From the NCBI GenBank assembly GCA_009724975.1, contig SRXB01000002.1, forward strand, positions 1-32,144: a stretch of 32,144 nt of DNA, given 5' to 3'. This stretch comes from a bacterium. Lineage in GTDB: Bacteria; Desulfobacterota; Deferrisomatia; Deferrisomatales; BM512. Below the pieces are notes generated by a model. That model did no database searches, had not been told where the DNA came from, and saw only the letters and a program-made list of their open reading frames with translations. Made by a program: the position numbers and the translations under genes. Below, piece by piece: positions 1-9,200 of this stretch. Within the stretch, counting starts at the first letter, position 1. Each line of letters begins with the position of its first letter.

Positions 1-30
1 GTTATATTGATAAACAGTACTTGGCAAGGC

Positions 31-2238
31 TTATGTGCAGTGGTTGCATTCCGGGCAGATGTACGTCCAATTCCCTAATGAGTCTTTGCAGGGTGTGGCG
101 AATACGTCCTGGCCAAAACTCCGATCGACCCAGTCGAACGGGGACAAATTCGCTACCTCATCGGACGCTTTCAAAACAATGACCGGGTAGCTTTTGTGAC
201 AGTGCCCGCAGATCCTGTTCCCCCACTTCGACAGGCAACTGGGACATTCACATTCAAAGTGCCCCGTTTTCAAATTGACAGGGGTTTGGGGAGCGTTGAT
301 GCCCGTACTGCAAACCGGACATTTCAGAAGTGCTTCGAAAACGCGTACGCTTTCATCGATTTTTGTGGCAAAGCTTTCTAGTGCGTCCTTGGCCATCTGA
401 GCTTCTGAAATCTGCTTCGTTAAATCTGCCTTTTGCCTGTTCAGATGTTCAGTCTTACTTCGTGCTGTCACCGCTTCACGAAGCTTACCGGTGACATCAT
501 CCCGTTCACCTTCCAGCCTCTGCAATAAGTTATCTGCTGTCTCGACAGACTTGCTAAGGTTGAACCGCCCCATTTCTTGCTCCGTTGGGGGTCGAAGCAG
601 CGTGACGAATCCGTGCCCATTCCCGGCAAGCCACTTTGTTTCAGAAAAATGGGCAAATTCTTTCTGTGGCTCCTTAATCTGTAGCGGGAAAGAGGCGTAC
701 AGAGGCCTGAACAAGGACCACCGTATCGCCCTGGCCACGCGCTCAACGCTGCCGAGATCCCATGGCGATACTGGAAGATAACCGAGCGGCGCGATTTGGC
801 TACTTTTCAAGTCATGCTTAAGAGAGTGGATCCGCTCACTGACCGCGGTTGTCATTTTGTTGGAAGAAAAGGCTTCCGGCGATGACGGGTAGAGAAGCAG
901 CGTGCTGTCAAGGCCAGCTGATGGGCTCTCAAGTTCACCAAACAGATCGCCCAACACCTTCTCTTCCATTTGGACGAGCGAAGATCCAAGGGGCACGATG
1001 CGAAGCACTTGTTTACACCCTTGCTGCACGAGGAAGTTATCCTCCTCGTCCCACGACAGGAAACAAGAACCGCTAGGACCGGTCAATTCCAGAGAACAGC
1101 CCCGCCTGATTGCAATATCACAAGCTTTAGGCTCAAACCCCAACTGGCTGAACGCTCTTGCGGTCAGCAAAAAACAAAATTTCACTATATTCCGGAACAG
1201 TTCCTGGTACTGTCGATAAATTTCCGAAGGCGTTTGCTGCCTGTTAACCCCCAGCTTGACATACGCCTGCCAAAGCGACGCCACATGCCTGTAGTGCTCA
1301 TCGTTCGACAGGATATTCGTCATTTTGATTGACGTGCCAACGCTCGAACGACGCGGGATGGCCCGATAGAGTTCCGTGTCTTTCAGCCCAGCAACCCGTC
1401 TCTTATATGTCTCAAGTTTCTTGATCGTGTTCCTAACCTGCACAAGCCCTTCGTTGGCGTTGACCGATTTCCCCCATAGAGAATAGATCCTTCTTGCACG
1501 CCCCCAAGTGGACCCCTTGGAGACAGAAAAGGTACTATCACTAGCTTCAACGAACATTTTTTCAAGCCGGCGAAGCTCATTGATGCGGGACAGAAGATAC
1601 TCCAGGATCAGGTCAGCAAGCCTAACGCATACCCGGTTCTCGTAGATGTCCAATTGGTCATATCGAACTTGCGAAAGGATCCGCTTGGGGACGACCGACC
1701 GCAGGGTCGGCCTTTCCCAGTCCTCAGTGTGCTCCGCGAGGTAAGCCGCTGCATTGTTGGGGATTCGGCGGCTCTGTGACACGTTCACGCGCTCGATTTC
1801 GACGCGCAGGTGTGCCCTCGGTCGGCGACAGACCTCCTCGAGATGGCAGAGCTCCCTGCCGATCTCGATATCCAGAGGTCGCATCGCGACTCGCTCCGCA
1901 AGCCCTGGTACCAGTGGCGAGATTTCAAGCCAGTCGAACCAGCCGGCGCCTTGATCGACAAGTTCGGACAGTTTACATCCGATGGCATTGATACTTCCCG
2001 CCTCGATCTGTTCCGGGTACTGGCCTGTCGCATACGTTCCGGCCCCTGCCAAGCCGTCCAGCCCGGTGAGCCGCCAATCCCTGGAGAGATCGGAGACGAG
2101 AAGATCCCCATCGGCAACCCGCACGGAATTCAGAAAGACCGGTCTGTCTCCCGGGCGCAGTTGCCAACGGCCGTAGAGAACAGTGCCCTTGGGAGCCTGG
2201 TGATCGGTCCTGGTTATGCGGTCTCGGAAAAGTGACAT
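31..2238 (-). CDS. McrC-position protein: McrC/DUF2357-like N-terminal half, coiled-coil segments, C-terminal double zinc ribbon; no recognisable PD-(D/E)xK motif
   Basis: 735-aa ORF. Its ATG at 2238 lies 3 nt after the stop (2242-2244) of the upstream McrB-like gene. LDIYENRVCVRLADLI resembles the D-x-x-(E/A)-N-R segment I remember from McrC/DUF2357 N-terminal domains. There are E/K/R/L-rich helical stretches. The last 96 aa (nt 34-321) carry CPVC, CPSC, CGHC and CPEC. I found no DAKY-like (D/E)xK block by eye. Confidence 0.55.
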   Translation of the reverse strand: MSLFRDRITRTDHQAPKGTVLYGRWQLRPGDRPVFLNSVRVADGDLLVSDLSRDWRLTGLDGLAGAGTYATGQYPEQIEAGSINAIGCKLSELVDQGAGWFDWLEISPLVPGLAERVAMRPLDIEIGRELCHLEEVCRRPRAHLRVEIERVNVSQSRRIPNNAAAYLAEHTEDWERPTLRSVVPKRILSQVRYDQLDIYENRVCVRLADLILEYLLSRINELRRLEKMFVEASDSTFSVSKGSTWGRARRIYSLWGKSVNANEGLVQVRNTIKKLETYKRRVAGLKDTELYRAIPRRSSVGTSIKMTNILSNDEHYRHVASLWQAYVKLGVNRQQTPSEIYRQYQELFRNIVKFCFLLTARAFSQLGFEPKACDIAIRRGCSLELTGPSGSCFLSWDEEDNFLVQQGCKQVLRIVPLGSSLVQMEEKVLGDLFGELESPSAGLDSTLLLYPSSPEAFSSNKMTTAVSERIHSLKHDLKSSQIAPLGYLPVSPWDLGSVERVARAIRWSLFRPLYASFPLQIKEPQKEFAHFSETKWLAGNGHGFVTLLRPPTEQEMGRFNLSKSVETADNLLQRLEGERDDVTGKLREAVTARSKTEHLNRQKADLTKQISEAQMAKDALESFATKIDESVRVFEALLKCPVCSTGINAPQTPVNLKTGHFECECPSCLSKWGNRICGHCHKSYPVIVLKASDEVANLSPFDWVDRSFGQDVFATPCKDSLGNWTYICPECNHCT

Positions 2239-2241
2239 CGA

Positions 2242-4677
2242 TTACTCATCGTCACCGGAACCGAGGCGCCTAAGCTCGTCCGCGATGATGGCCAGGGAGT
2301 GGGTCGGCTTGCCCTTTTTATCCAGTTCTTTCCACGATTCCTGCACCAATGTCTGCAATTCGACAAGGTGCTCCATCCGGGTGTCATGCCGGTTGCGTAT
2401 CTTCCGCAGGAGCTTCGTAGCGAGGATGTGGTCTGTTGCCTCGCCCACGCTCCCTCCTGCTGCCACCACGACGGGGACGAAATCCATCATCTGTCGCTCG
2501 AGACGATTGCCCCAGCCAACCCTAAACTTCCTGCCGAGAAACTCGGCAAACTTTTCATCGAGGAACTTGTACGCGTGCGTCCCGTGCTTTCCGTTTTTCT
2601 CACGGGCCTGATCGAAGGCCCCCTTCAACGATTCGAAAGCGACCGGATTCCGGTGGTGTGGTCGTTGCGGAGCAAACTCCTCCCGGTTCCTTGGCAGTTC
2701 CATCACGTGGCCGCGGTCATATGTCTTGTCAGCAAAGTCCTTAGTCGTCTCGTCGTGATTGGCAGTGCCGACAAACCACACATTCCTCGGGATCAGCAGT
2801 GTTCTGCCATTTGTCATCAGTTTCGGTGCCGGCTCGACTGGTGCGGTCATCAGGTCAAGTTTCTGCAAATGAGGCTCCTGCTCGAGTGCCGAAAGGAGAT
2901 CAGCGAAGTATTGCTCGGGGTGTGACAGGTTCATTTCATCCAGGACGACAATGTACGGACGGCCATCATAACAGGGAGACTGTGCTTCGTAGAGACCTTG
3001 CAAAAACTCGCTTTCGTAAAACCGGCGCTCGAAGGCGTTGAAGTGACCTACCAGGTCCTGCCGATCGCGCCAACCGGCCTGAACCTCAATCAGCTTGAAA
3101 CCGGCCCCTACTGCCCGAGAGAACGCAATGGGCAGGCTGGTCTTGCCCGTCCCGCTGATCCCTTGGAGCAGGTGCAGCCGGCTCATGGCCAAGCCACCGA
3201 GAAAACAGCGAAGGTCACGAAGGGAATAGTATAGGGGATTCGAAGCATCGGGATCGCTGGCAATTCGATGCTGAAGATCCGTCGTGAATTCTGACAAATC
3301 GATCGCATCCTCTTGCAGATTGACGGAAGAGCGCAGCGCCTTGTCCTCGTCCATTTGCATCAAGGCCGGGAACGGGCTGACTCCATCCGAGCGGCGGATG
3401 CGATCTTCGACATCGGCTCTCAACTCCTCCAATGCGGCTTGGAGTAAATTGCGACTGGTTTCAAGCGCTTTTTTCTGGTCGCGCAGCGTTTCCACCTCGG
3501 TGACTGCAATCTCGCACAGTCCCAATTTCCTCTCGAGCTCCAGCTTCTCCTGAGTCAACCGATACTGCTCCCCTTCCCAGGCCTCCCTTTCTCGCTCAAG
3601 CAACGCAAGGCGCTCAACGGCAGCTAGATTCGGTCGTGCCGCCAATTGTTTTTCCAGTTTTTGGCAGCACTTTACACTCTCGTTCAATTCGGCCAGCACC
3701 TGCTCCGGAGACTTGTTCCCGAAGCGGCGGTCCGACTCCTCCCGCTCGCGAAGGATCGCGTCAAGACGGTCCCGGTCGGCCGAGGCGCTCGATAGCCGAG
3801 CGTTGAGCGCCTTGATTTCAAAGTTCAGTGCTTCTTCCCTGGCCGCCGCTCTCTGTTCCGTGCGCTGCTCCAGATTCTTCCGTTGTTCTTCGATATCTTG
3901 GCGCTCAAATTCGAGCTTCCTTTTTGCTCTCTCGATGTCAACTAGCTGAAGGTGAAGTTTTTGCTCGTTTTTCTTCAATTCTTCATATTCACTCTCGAAA
4001 CGGCTTTTCATCTCGGCCTCATTCCGGCGCAAAAGCTCCTCATGCTCTTCCATCCGGTGGGCCAAATCTCGTTCCAAGGCCAAGCGTTCTTCCGCGACAA
4101 CCTTTCGGCAGTCGCCTATTTCCTGGCGCACAAGGCGCGCCTCTTCCTCCAACAGACGAAGGGATTCGCGGCGCTCCGTTATAAAACCAGCCTCGGCATT
4201 GAGCTCGCGTTTTTTCAATGCCTCTTCCTGGTCAAGAATCTCCCTTTGCTGCGCATCCAGCGCCGTTCGTTCCTCTTTCAACTCTTTTTCCTGCCTGTCG
4301 AGCTCTCGCGACCTCTCGCGCTGCGACTTTTCCTGATCGGAAAGTTTTACGCGCTCTTTATCCAGTTCCTCCTTGAATTCATTCGCACGCTTCTCTCTTT
4401 TTCTGCACAATTCCAAGGCCTCCTGCGCCTTTCTTAGAAGCGCAGGCAAATTGGTCATCTCAGGGGTGATCGTCATAGTGGAAACGGCATCGATATCCAC
4501 ATCCGCAGCCTCGGCGATGGCTGACTCGGAGACTTCATTGACGGCTAACAACTCCTGCGATGACGGTGTCTTTGATTCAACCTTTGGAGCCGAAGGTGTG
4601 GCGCCGGAGGAGTTCCCGTTAGTGCCCACCTGCCCAACTCTGTCCCTGTTCTTGTTTTTGTTCTTGTTCTTTGACAT
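2242..4677 (-). CDS. McrB-family AAA+ GTPase with a long N-terminal coiled coil (CoCoNuT CnuB-like)
   Basis: The ORF track starts at a GTG (4698). The ATG at 4677 is preceded by GGGAGGAAG and is preferred. Motifs: Walker A GISGTGKT, Walker B region IVVLDEMNLSHPEQYFADLLSALE, and WFVGTANHDETT (the McrB NTAD-type equivalent). About 350 aa of heptad-like E/K/R/L/Q sequence (aa ~85-430) precede the ATPase. The extreme N-terminus is KNKNKNKN low complexity. Confidence 0.8.
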   Translation of the reverse strand: MSKNKNKNKNRDRVGQVGTNGNSSGATPSAPKVESKTPSSQELLAVNEVSESAIAEAADVDIDAVSTMTITPEMTNLPALLRKAQEALELCRKREKRANEFKEELDKERVKLSDQEKSQRERSRELDRQEKELKEERTALDAQQREILDQEEALKKRELNAEAGFITERRESLRLLEEEARLVRQEIGDCRKVVAEERLALERDLAHRMEEHEELLRRNEAEMKSRFESEYEELKKNEQKLHLQLVDIERAKRKLEFERQDIEEQRKNLEQRTEQRAAAREEALNFEIKALNARLSSASADRDRLDAILREREESDRRFGNKSPEQVLAELNESVKCCQKLEKQLAARPNLAAVERLALLEREREAWEGEQYRLTQEKLELERKLGLCEIAVTEVETLRDQKKALETSRNLLQAALEELRADVEDRIRRSDGVSPFPALMQMDEDKALRSSVNLQEDAIDLSEFTTDLQHRIASDPDASNPLYYSLRDLRCFLGGLAMSRLHLLQGISGTGKTSLPIAFSRAVGAGFKLIEVQAGWRDRQDLVGHFNAFERRFYESEFLQGLYEAQSPCYDGRPYIVVLDEMNLSHPEQYFADLLSALEQEPHLQKLDLMTAPVEPAPKLMTNGRTLLIPRNVWFVGTANHDETTKDFADKTYDRGHVMELPRNREEFAPQRPHHRNPVAFESLKGAFDQAREKNGKHGTHAYKFLDEKFAEFLGRKFRVGWGNRLERQMMDFVPVVVAAGGSVGEATDHILATKLLRKIRNRHDTRMEHLVELQTLVQESWKELDKKGKPTHSLAIIADELRRLGSGDDE
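4648..4672 (-). repeat. Imperfect AAGAAC hexamer tandem repeat encoding KNKNKNKN at the 5' end of the McrB-like gene
   Basis: The minus strand reads AAAGAACAAGAACAAAAACAAGAAC. Confidence 0.7.
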
Positions 4678-4699
4678 AACTTCTTCCTCCCGCTCCACG

Positions 4700-6268
4700 T
4701 CATTGAGTCAGTGGCAACTCGTAGATGTCCCTGATGATTTGATAAACGCTATCGACACCAACCTGAATCTTGGCCCGGCTTGTCGTCAGTTGACCGCTTT
4801 GCCCGAAGTGCGCTGCATCGTTGACAACATCAGTGATAGAGGCTAATCGCTCCAGCAAGTCTGGGCACCGTTTAGCTGCAGACCTTAAGGGATGGCTATC
4901 AACCCTTGCCGCCGAAAGCATGCTGACGACTATGGCTGCACGTAGCTTCCAAACCTTTCCCGATGAGGAGACAGCCTTGATGTCACTGGGTTTTGCTACG
5001 GCCAGTGAGGCCGGTAGCGGAGTGACGAACCCCATGCTCGACGCTGAAGAGTTGTAGACCTTTTTGACATACTCGGCATGCTGCCAGTTCTTCTCGTCCT
5101 TATAAAGTGCACGCCAGACCTGCTCGTCCGGGAACATCGCCAACATGTGGCCAAAAACCCCCTCCAAGACGCGGCGTGCGGCATTGAGCGTGTCTCTGAA
5201 TTTGTGTTTAGGACAGCTCTCGTCAAGTAATTCCACTTCCTGGCGGCAGCACTCCATCTCAACTACCACCTCAAAGAAAGGGAGCTGTTCTAAGGTTGCG
5301 CCGAGCCTTGAAATGGCTTTGGCGCGGGCATCAACTTCAATTTCCCGGTGCCACTTGCGTTGATCTTCCAACCTATCGCGATTTTTCTCGCCGACGAGCC
5401 TGTCCAGCGTCGTCCTTAACCCTGGGTAGTCAGGGAGTTGCTCTTCTATTCTTTTTTTCAGCCGGGCACTTACCCCCAAGCCGAAGGGGTCACAGGCATA
5501 CCAGTCCCACACATCCATTTCGGCCTGGGGCAGATAGATGTACGTATTGAGAAAGCAGGGGGTGGGCTTGTCTTCCACCATCGAAACACGGTCAAGGCAA
5601 CTGCTGCTGATAGGTGTGGAATCTTCTTCACCATCGTTCTCGCCGCGCATGTTTTCATCGGCATCCGAATAGCGCGCGGCCCGATTGTGCCGCCGGGTTA
5701 CCGTCACGATTTCAGCGGCCTCCGGCGTCTGCGGCGGGCCGAGTGCCTTCGGTAAATGCATGTAGGTCGGCTGCAAATAGGGTTTCCCCTTTGTACCAAG
5801 CACCAGAATCGGGAAGCCCTTTTCTCCGTACTGTAAATTGACACTGTCGAGCTTACTCTGCTCGACAAAGCGCGGCCAGAGTTGCCCGCTCCAGGGGTCC
5901 TGAAAGACATAGCCGACAACGGTTTTGTGATCTTCGATGGTCTCATGAGCGAGTAGATCGAGCCCCTTTTGGGTCGGTATGCCGTGGCTGTCGACAAGAG
6001 CCTTCATCTGCAGCTCGAGCATTATCTTTGCTACCAAATCCGGGTGCAGGTGGAGCCGACCGCCGACCTTTTCCCGATTCACAATACCGATGCGGCACAT
6101 CCCCAGCACCGCCTTTTGAAAGACGTTCAGCACTTTATCCCGAGGTTCAGGTGCTACGACCTGATAGCGCCAGGCGGGCCAGAGAAGGTGCTGGCGCTTA
6201 TCGAATGGAACGTGCGCTCGCGGTCGGAAGTTGTGAACGGGAGAATTACGCTGAAAGTCGAATGCCAT
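4700..6268 (-). CDS. Hypothetical protein with a possible N-terminal winged helix and a C-terminal HEPN-like helical domain with a degenerate motif
   Basis: The ATG at 6268 is preceded by GGGGGGGAGC (the G7 tract at 6272-6278) and lies 19 nt after the helicase stop. VLNVFQKAVLGMCRIGIVNREKVGGRLHLHPDLVAKIMLELQ looks winged-helix-like. The C-terminal helical region ends in LLERLASITDVVNDAAHFG, which resembles a HEPN Rx4-6H helix but has Val where Arg is expected. Confidence 0.45.
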   Translation of the reverse strand: MAFDFQRNSPVHNFRPRAHVPFDKRQHLLWPAWRYQVVAPEPRDKVLNVFQKAVLGMCRIGIVNREKVGGRLHLHPDLVAKIMLELQMKALVDSHGIPTQKGLDLLAHETIEDHKTVVGYVFQDPWSGQLWPRFVEQSKLDSVNLQYGEKGFPILVLGTKGKPYLQPTYMHLPKALGPPQTPEAAEIVTVTRRHNRAARYSDADENMRGENDGEEDSTPISSSCLDRVSMVEDKPTPCFLNTYIYLPQAEMDVWDWYACDPFGLGVSARLKKRIEEQLPDYPGLRTTLDRLVGEKNRDRLEDQRKWHREIEVDARAKAISRLGATLEQLPFFEVVVEMECCRQEVELLDESCPKHKFRDTLNAARRVLEGVFGHMLAMFPDEQVWRALYKDEKNWQHAEYVKKVYNSSASSMGFVTPLPASLAVAKPSDIKAVSSSGKVWKLRAAIVVSMLSAARVDSHPLRSAAKRCPDLLERLASITDVVNDAAHFGQSGQLTTSRAKIQVGVDSVYQIIRDIYELPLTQ

Positions 6269-9200
6269 GCTCCCCCCCGCACAAATCATGGAAAGCGATC
6301 AATCCCGGAATGGCCTCAGACGCATCATTCACCGTGAGCATCCCTTCGTCACCGACAACAATCAGTAGCCTCTGTTGTCTACTCATCGCAACGCACAAAC
6401 GATTTTCGAGCATGAGATGTCCGAATTTCCTGCGAAGGGTTTTGCCCCCCCCCGAAGGAAACTCATTGCTTCTTGTCATCGAAAGGATAACAACGTCGAA
6501 TTCCTTGCCCTGGAACGCATCCACCGTTCCCACCCGCAATCTGTCCTTCAATTTCCCGTTGCTGTCCAGGAGTTCGCGCCATGCCGGAGCGACCGCAAAC
6601 GAACCGTTGTCAAGTTGTTCAGTCAACCCGTTCATGGAGAGAGCTTTGTTGATTTCATCGACCTGCGCTGAGTAAAAGCTGATGATCCCGACGGAAAGAT
6701 CCGATCGCAGCTCCAGCATGCGCTTGGTTTCCTTGGCGATCCACCTGGCCTCGACTGGACGGAACTTGCTCTGCTTCCCCTTTTCGGAGCCGGCGCTGTA
6801 AGGGATGTTCACCCAAGCCGCAACGGCATCACGGTAACGCTCCAACCCATGCACAAAGTCAGAGGCAGGGCGTCCGGAGCGGAACGACTCCCCGTGTGGC
6901 TTGTAGAACGTGTCGCTGACAAAGTCGCCAAGGATTGGGTGCATGCGGTACTGGACGTCAAGCGTGACAGTCCTCTTGATCCCATCGACTCTTTCCCTCT
7001 CGCGCATATCTTCAAAAAGGCGCCAGAACATACTCTTGCGCAGAGAGTCACGCGTCGCTTCCAGTACCGACTCCTCAAGCTGGAGTTCGACATCCGGTTC
7101 AAGAATGTGTGGGAGTTGCCTGTGGTCACCGACAAGAATGATCCTTCGCTCTGCACACGACAACGGGATCAGGAGATCGAGGGGGTTGGCTCGGGCCGCC
7201 TCGTCGACAACCACGTTTTCAAAAACGATGGAATTGGGCTCGGCTTCCCAGAGAGAGGCGCTCTCCCCCCCTTTAATGATCGACATGCGATAGCCAACAG
7301 CCTGCTGGCAGGTGGCGGCGAGAACGGCCGTGTACTCTCTGATCGAGTCGCGCATAGACTCGCTGTCGTTTTCCAAATCGTCGAGGTATTCGGAGAGGAC
7401 GACCTCTTCCCCACCGGCGGTCTGCCGCGCTCGCTGGTACAACGCCTCAACGGCTTCCACGAGAAGTGCTTGGACATCGTCATTGACTAAGCGGACCCCG
7501 AGGGGGCGTTGGTCCCCCTGCAATCGATCGAGAAGCACGCCCTTGAGTTGTTCCAGTTCCTGCAGAAATGGGGGAGGGGCATCGGGATCGGGCCATTCCG
7601 CAGCCCTCTCCAGCAGCGCGCGCTCCTGCTCATCGAGCTGGCCGTTGCTATCGATTCGGCTGAGAACCCGATAGGCACTTTGAGGACCGTCATCCCCAAA
7701 CGTTGTTGGCTCGACCCGCAGGCCGCGTACGGCCTTCATTGCGAAGTCGGTGTCTTCGGCTGCAAGCCCCCCTTTTAATAGATGCCCTTTCTGAAGCTGC
7801 AGTTGAAGGGTAAGAAAACGGTCCTTCAGCTCCGCCTGGAAATGATCACCTCCCTCACTCCTGACGGAAGCCAGGGCTTGGATCGCATCCTCCATCCCGG
7901 TCGGCGATCCAACGTATGCAGCCGCAATGTCCCTCACCCGTTTGAGGGCCTCTGTCACCGGCCGTGTCGGGAATTGCGCCAAATCAGCGCGAACCGCGTC
8001 CACACGTTCTTTTCGCCAACGTTCGAAACCATCGTCCTCTGTATCTTGCCCGCGTCTCCGGCCAACCTTGATTGCCGGCAATCCGTAGACCACGGTTCTC
8101 TCTGCGGCATTTTCAACGGCATCATGCTGGTAGCTCGTCAATAGTGTCTGCCCGGAAATCCCCCTTGATTCTTCGGCTATCTCGGCAAGCCGAGACTGCA
8201 GGGCAGCAATGACCATGGTCTTGCCAGTACCTGGGGGGCCTTGAATCAAGGCTATATCAGGTGTGTTGATAGCTACTTTCAGCGCTTCTATCTGGCGTGC
8301 CGTCGGTTCGGCACCAAAGGCTGCCTTGACGGCTCCGGATAGCGGTTGCCAAGTTTTCCCTCGGCGTTCATGAATAGGTGCGCGTTCGATGATAAGGCCG
8401 AGTTCTGGCATCCTGCACTCTGCCGTAACGATGCTTCTCAGCGCGAGTTCCCGTCTCTTCAGACGCTTTCTGTCCCCACTGAGGCTCATGAAAATGGCAC
8501 CGTCCCGGGGGGGGATGGTGTCATCGTCACCCCTAGAGGAGGACAGATCGATGGTCTTGGCATTCAGGTTGTAAGCGACAGGTTTCCCAACGAAAGCGAC
8601 TCGGCTTTTCTTCACCTCTTCGCCGGCACCATCCCTACCCCCGGAAGAGTGAAGCTCCGAGGGAGGGGCTTCGGCGACCTCAAGACTGACATCCTCATTG
8701 TCGAAAATTGCACTCAACACAGTATCAACATTGGGGGCGTCTTTGAGGCTAAAACGCCAAATGCCTTCCCGCAACAGCTCCGGCTTCCCCTTGTAGGATA
8801 GCCAGCCAAGGGCGCGAGCACGCTTTAAAATGCTCTCCCTTTCGATATGGTTGTAATCACCCCACAGTTTGAGATAGCTGCCGGCGCCTGCAACCATTTG
8901 GTCCAGCATGCTCCTGGCGGTACCACGAAACTGTCCGGCCATGGTGAGGTCGCAAAAACGGATATTCCCTTGAACGAGGATCACCGGTCTGCGTTCTTCC
9001 AACCGGTCGGAGCGTTTGCTCTGGACGATGCGCGTGACGAGAAGCCGATTCTCCTTGGTGCGGCTAACATCGATGGAGATACCGACGCCGTGAAGACGAA
9101 ATGCGGTTTTTTTCTCCCCCTGAAGGTCTGGGCTCCCGGTGAGCAAGGCCCTGATCAGCCCTCCGGGCTCGAACGGCACGAGCAAGACCCGCTCCGTGAG

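Noticed and set aside
4648-4672. The AAGAAC hexamer repeat at the 5' end of the McrB-like gene as a phase-variation switch.
   Set aside because: The unit length is a multiple of three, so slippage would only change the KN-repeat length and not the reading frame. The repeat is also short and imperfect.
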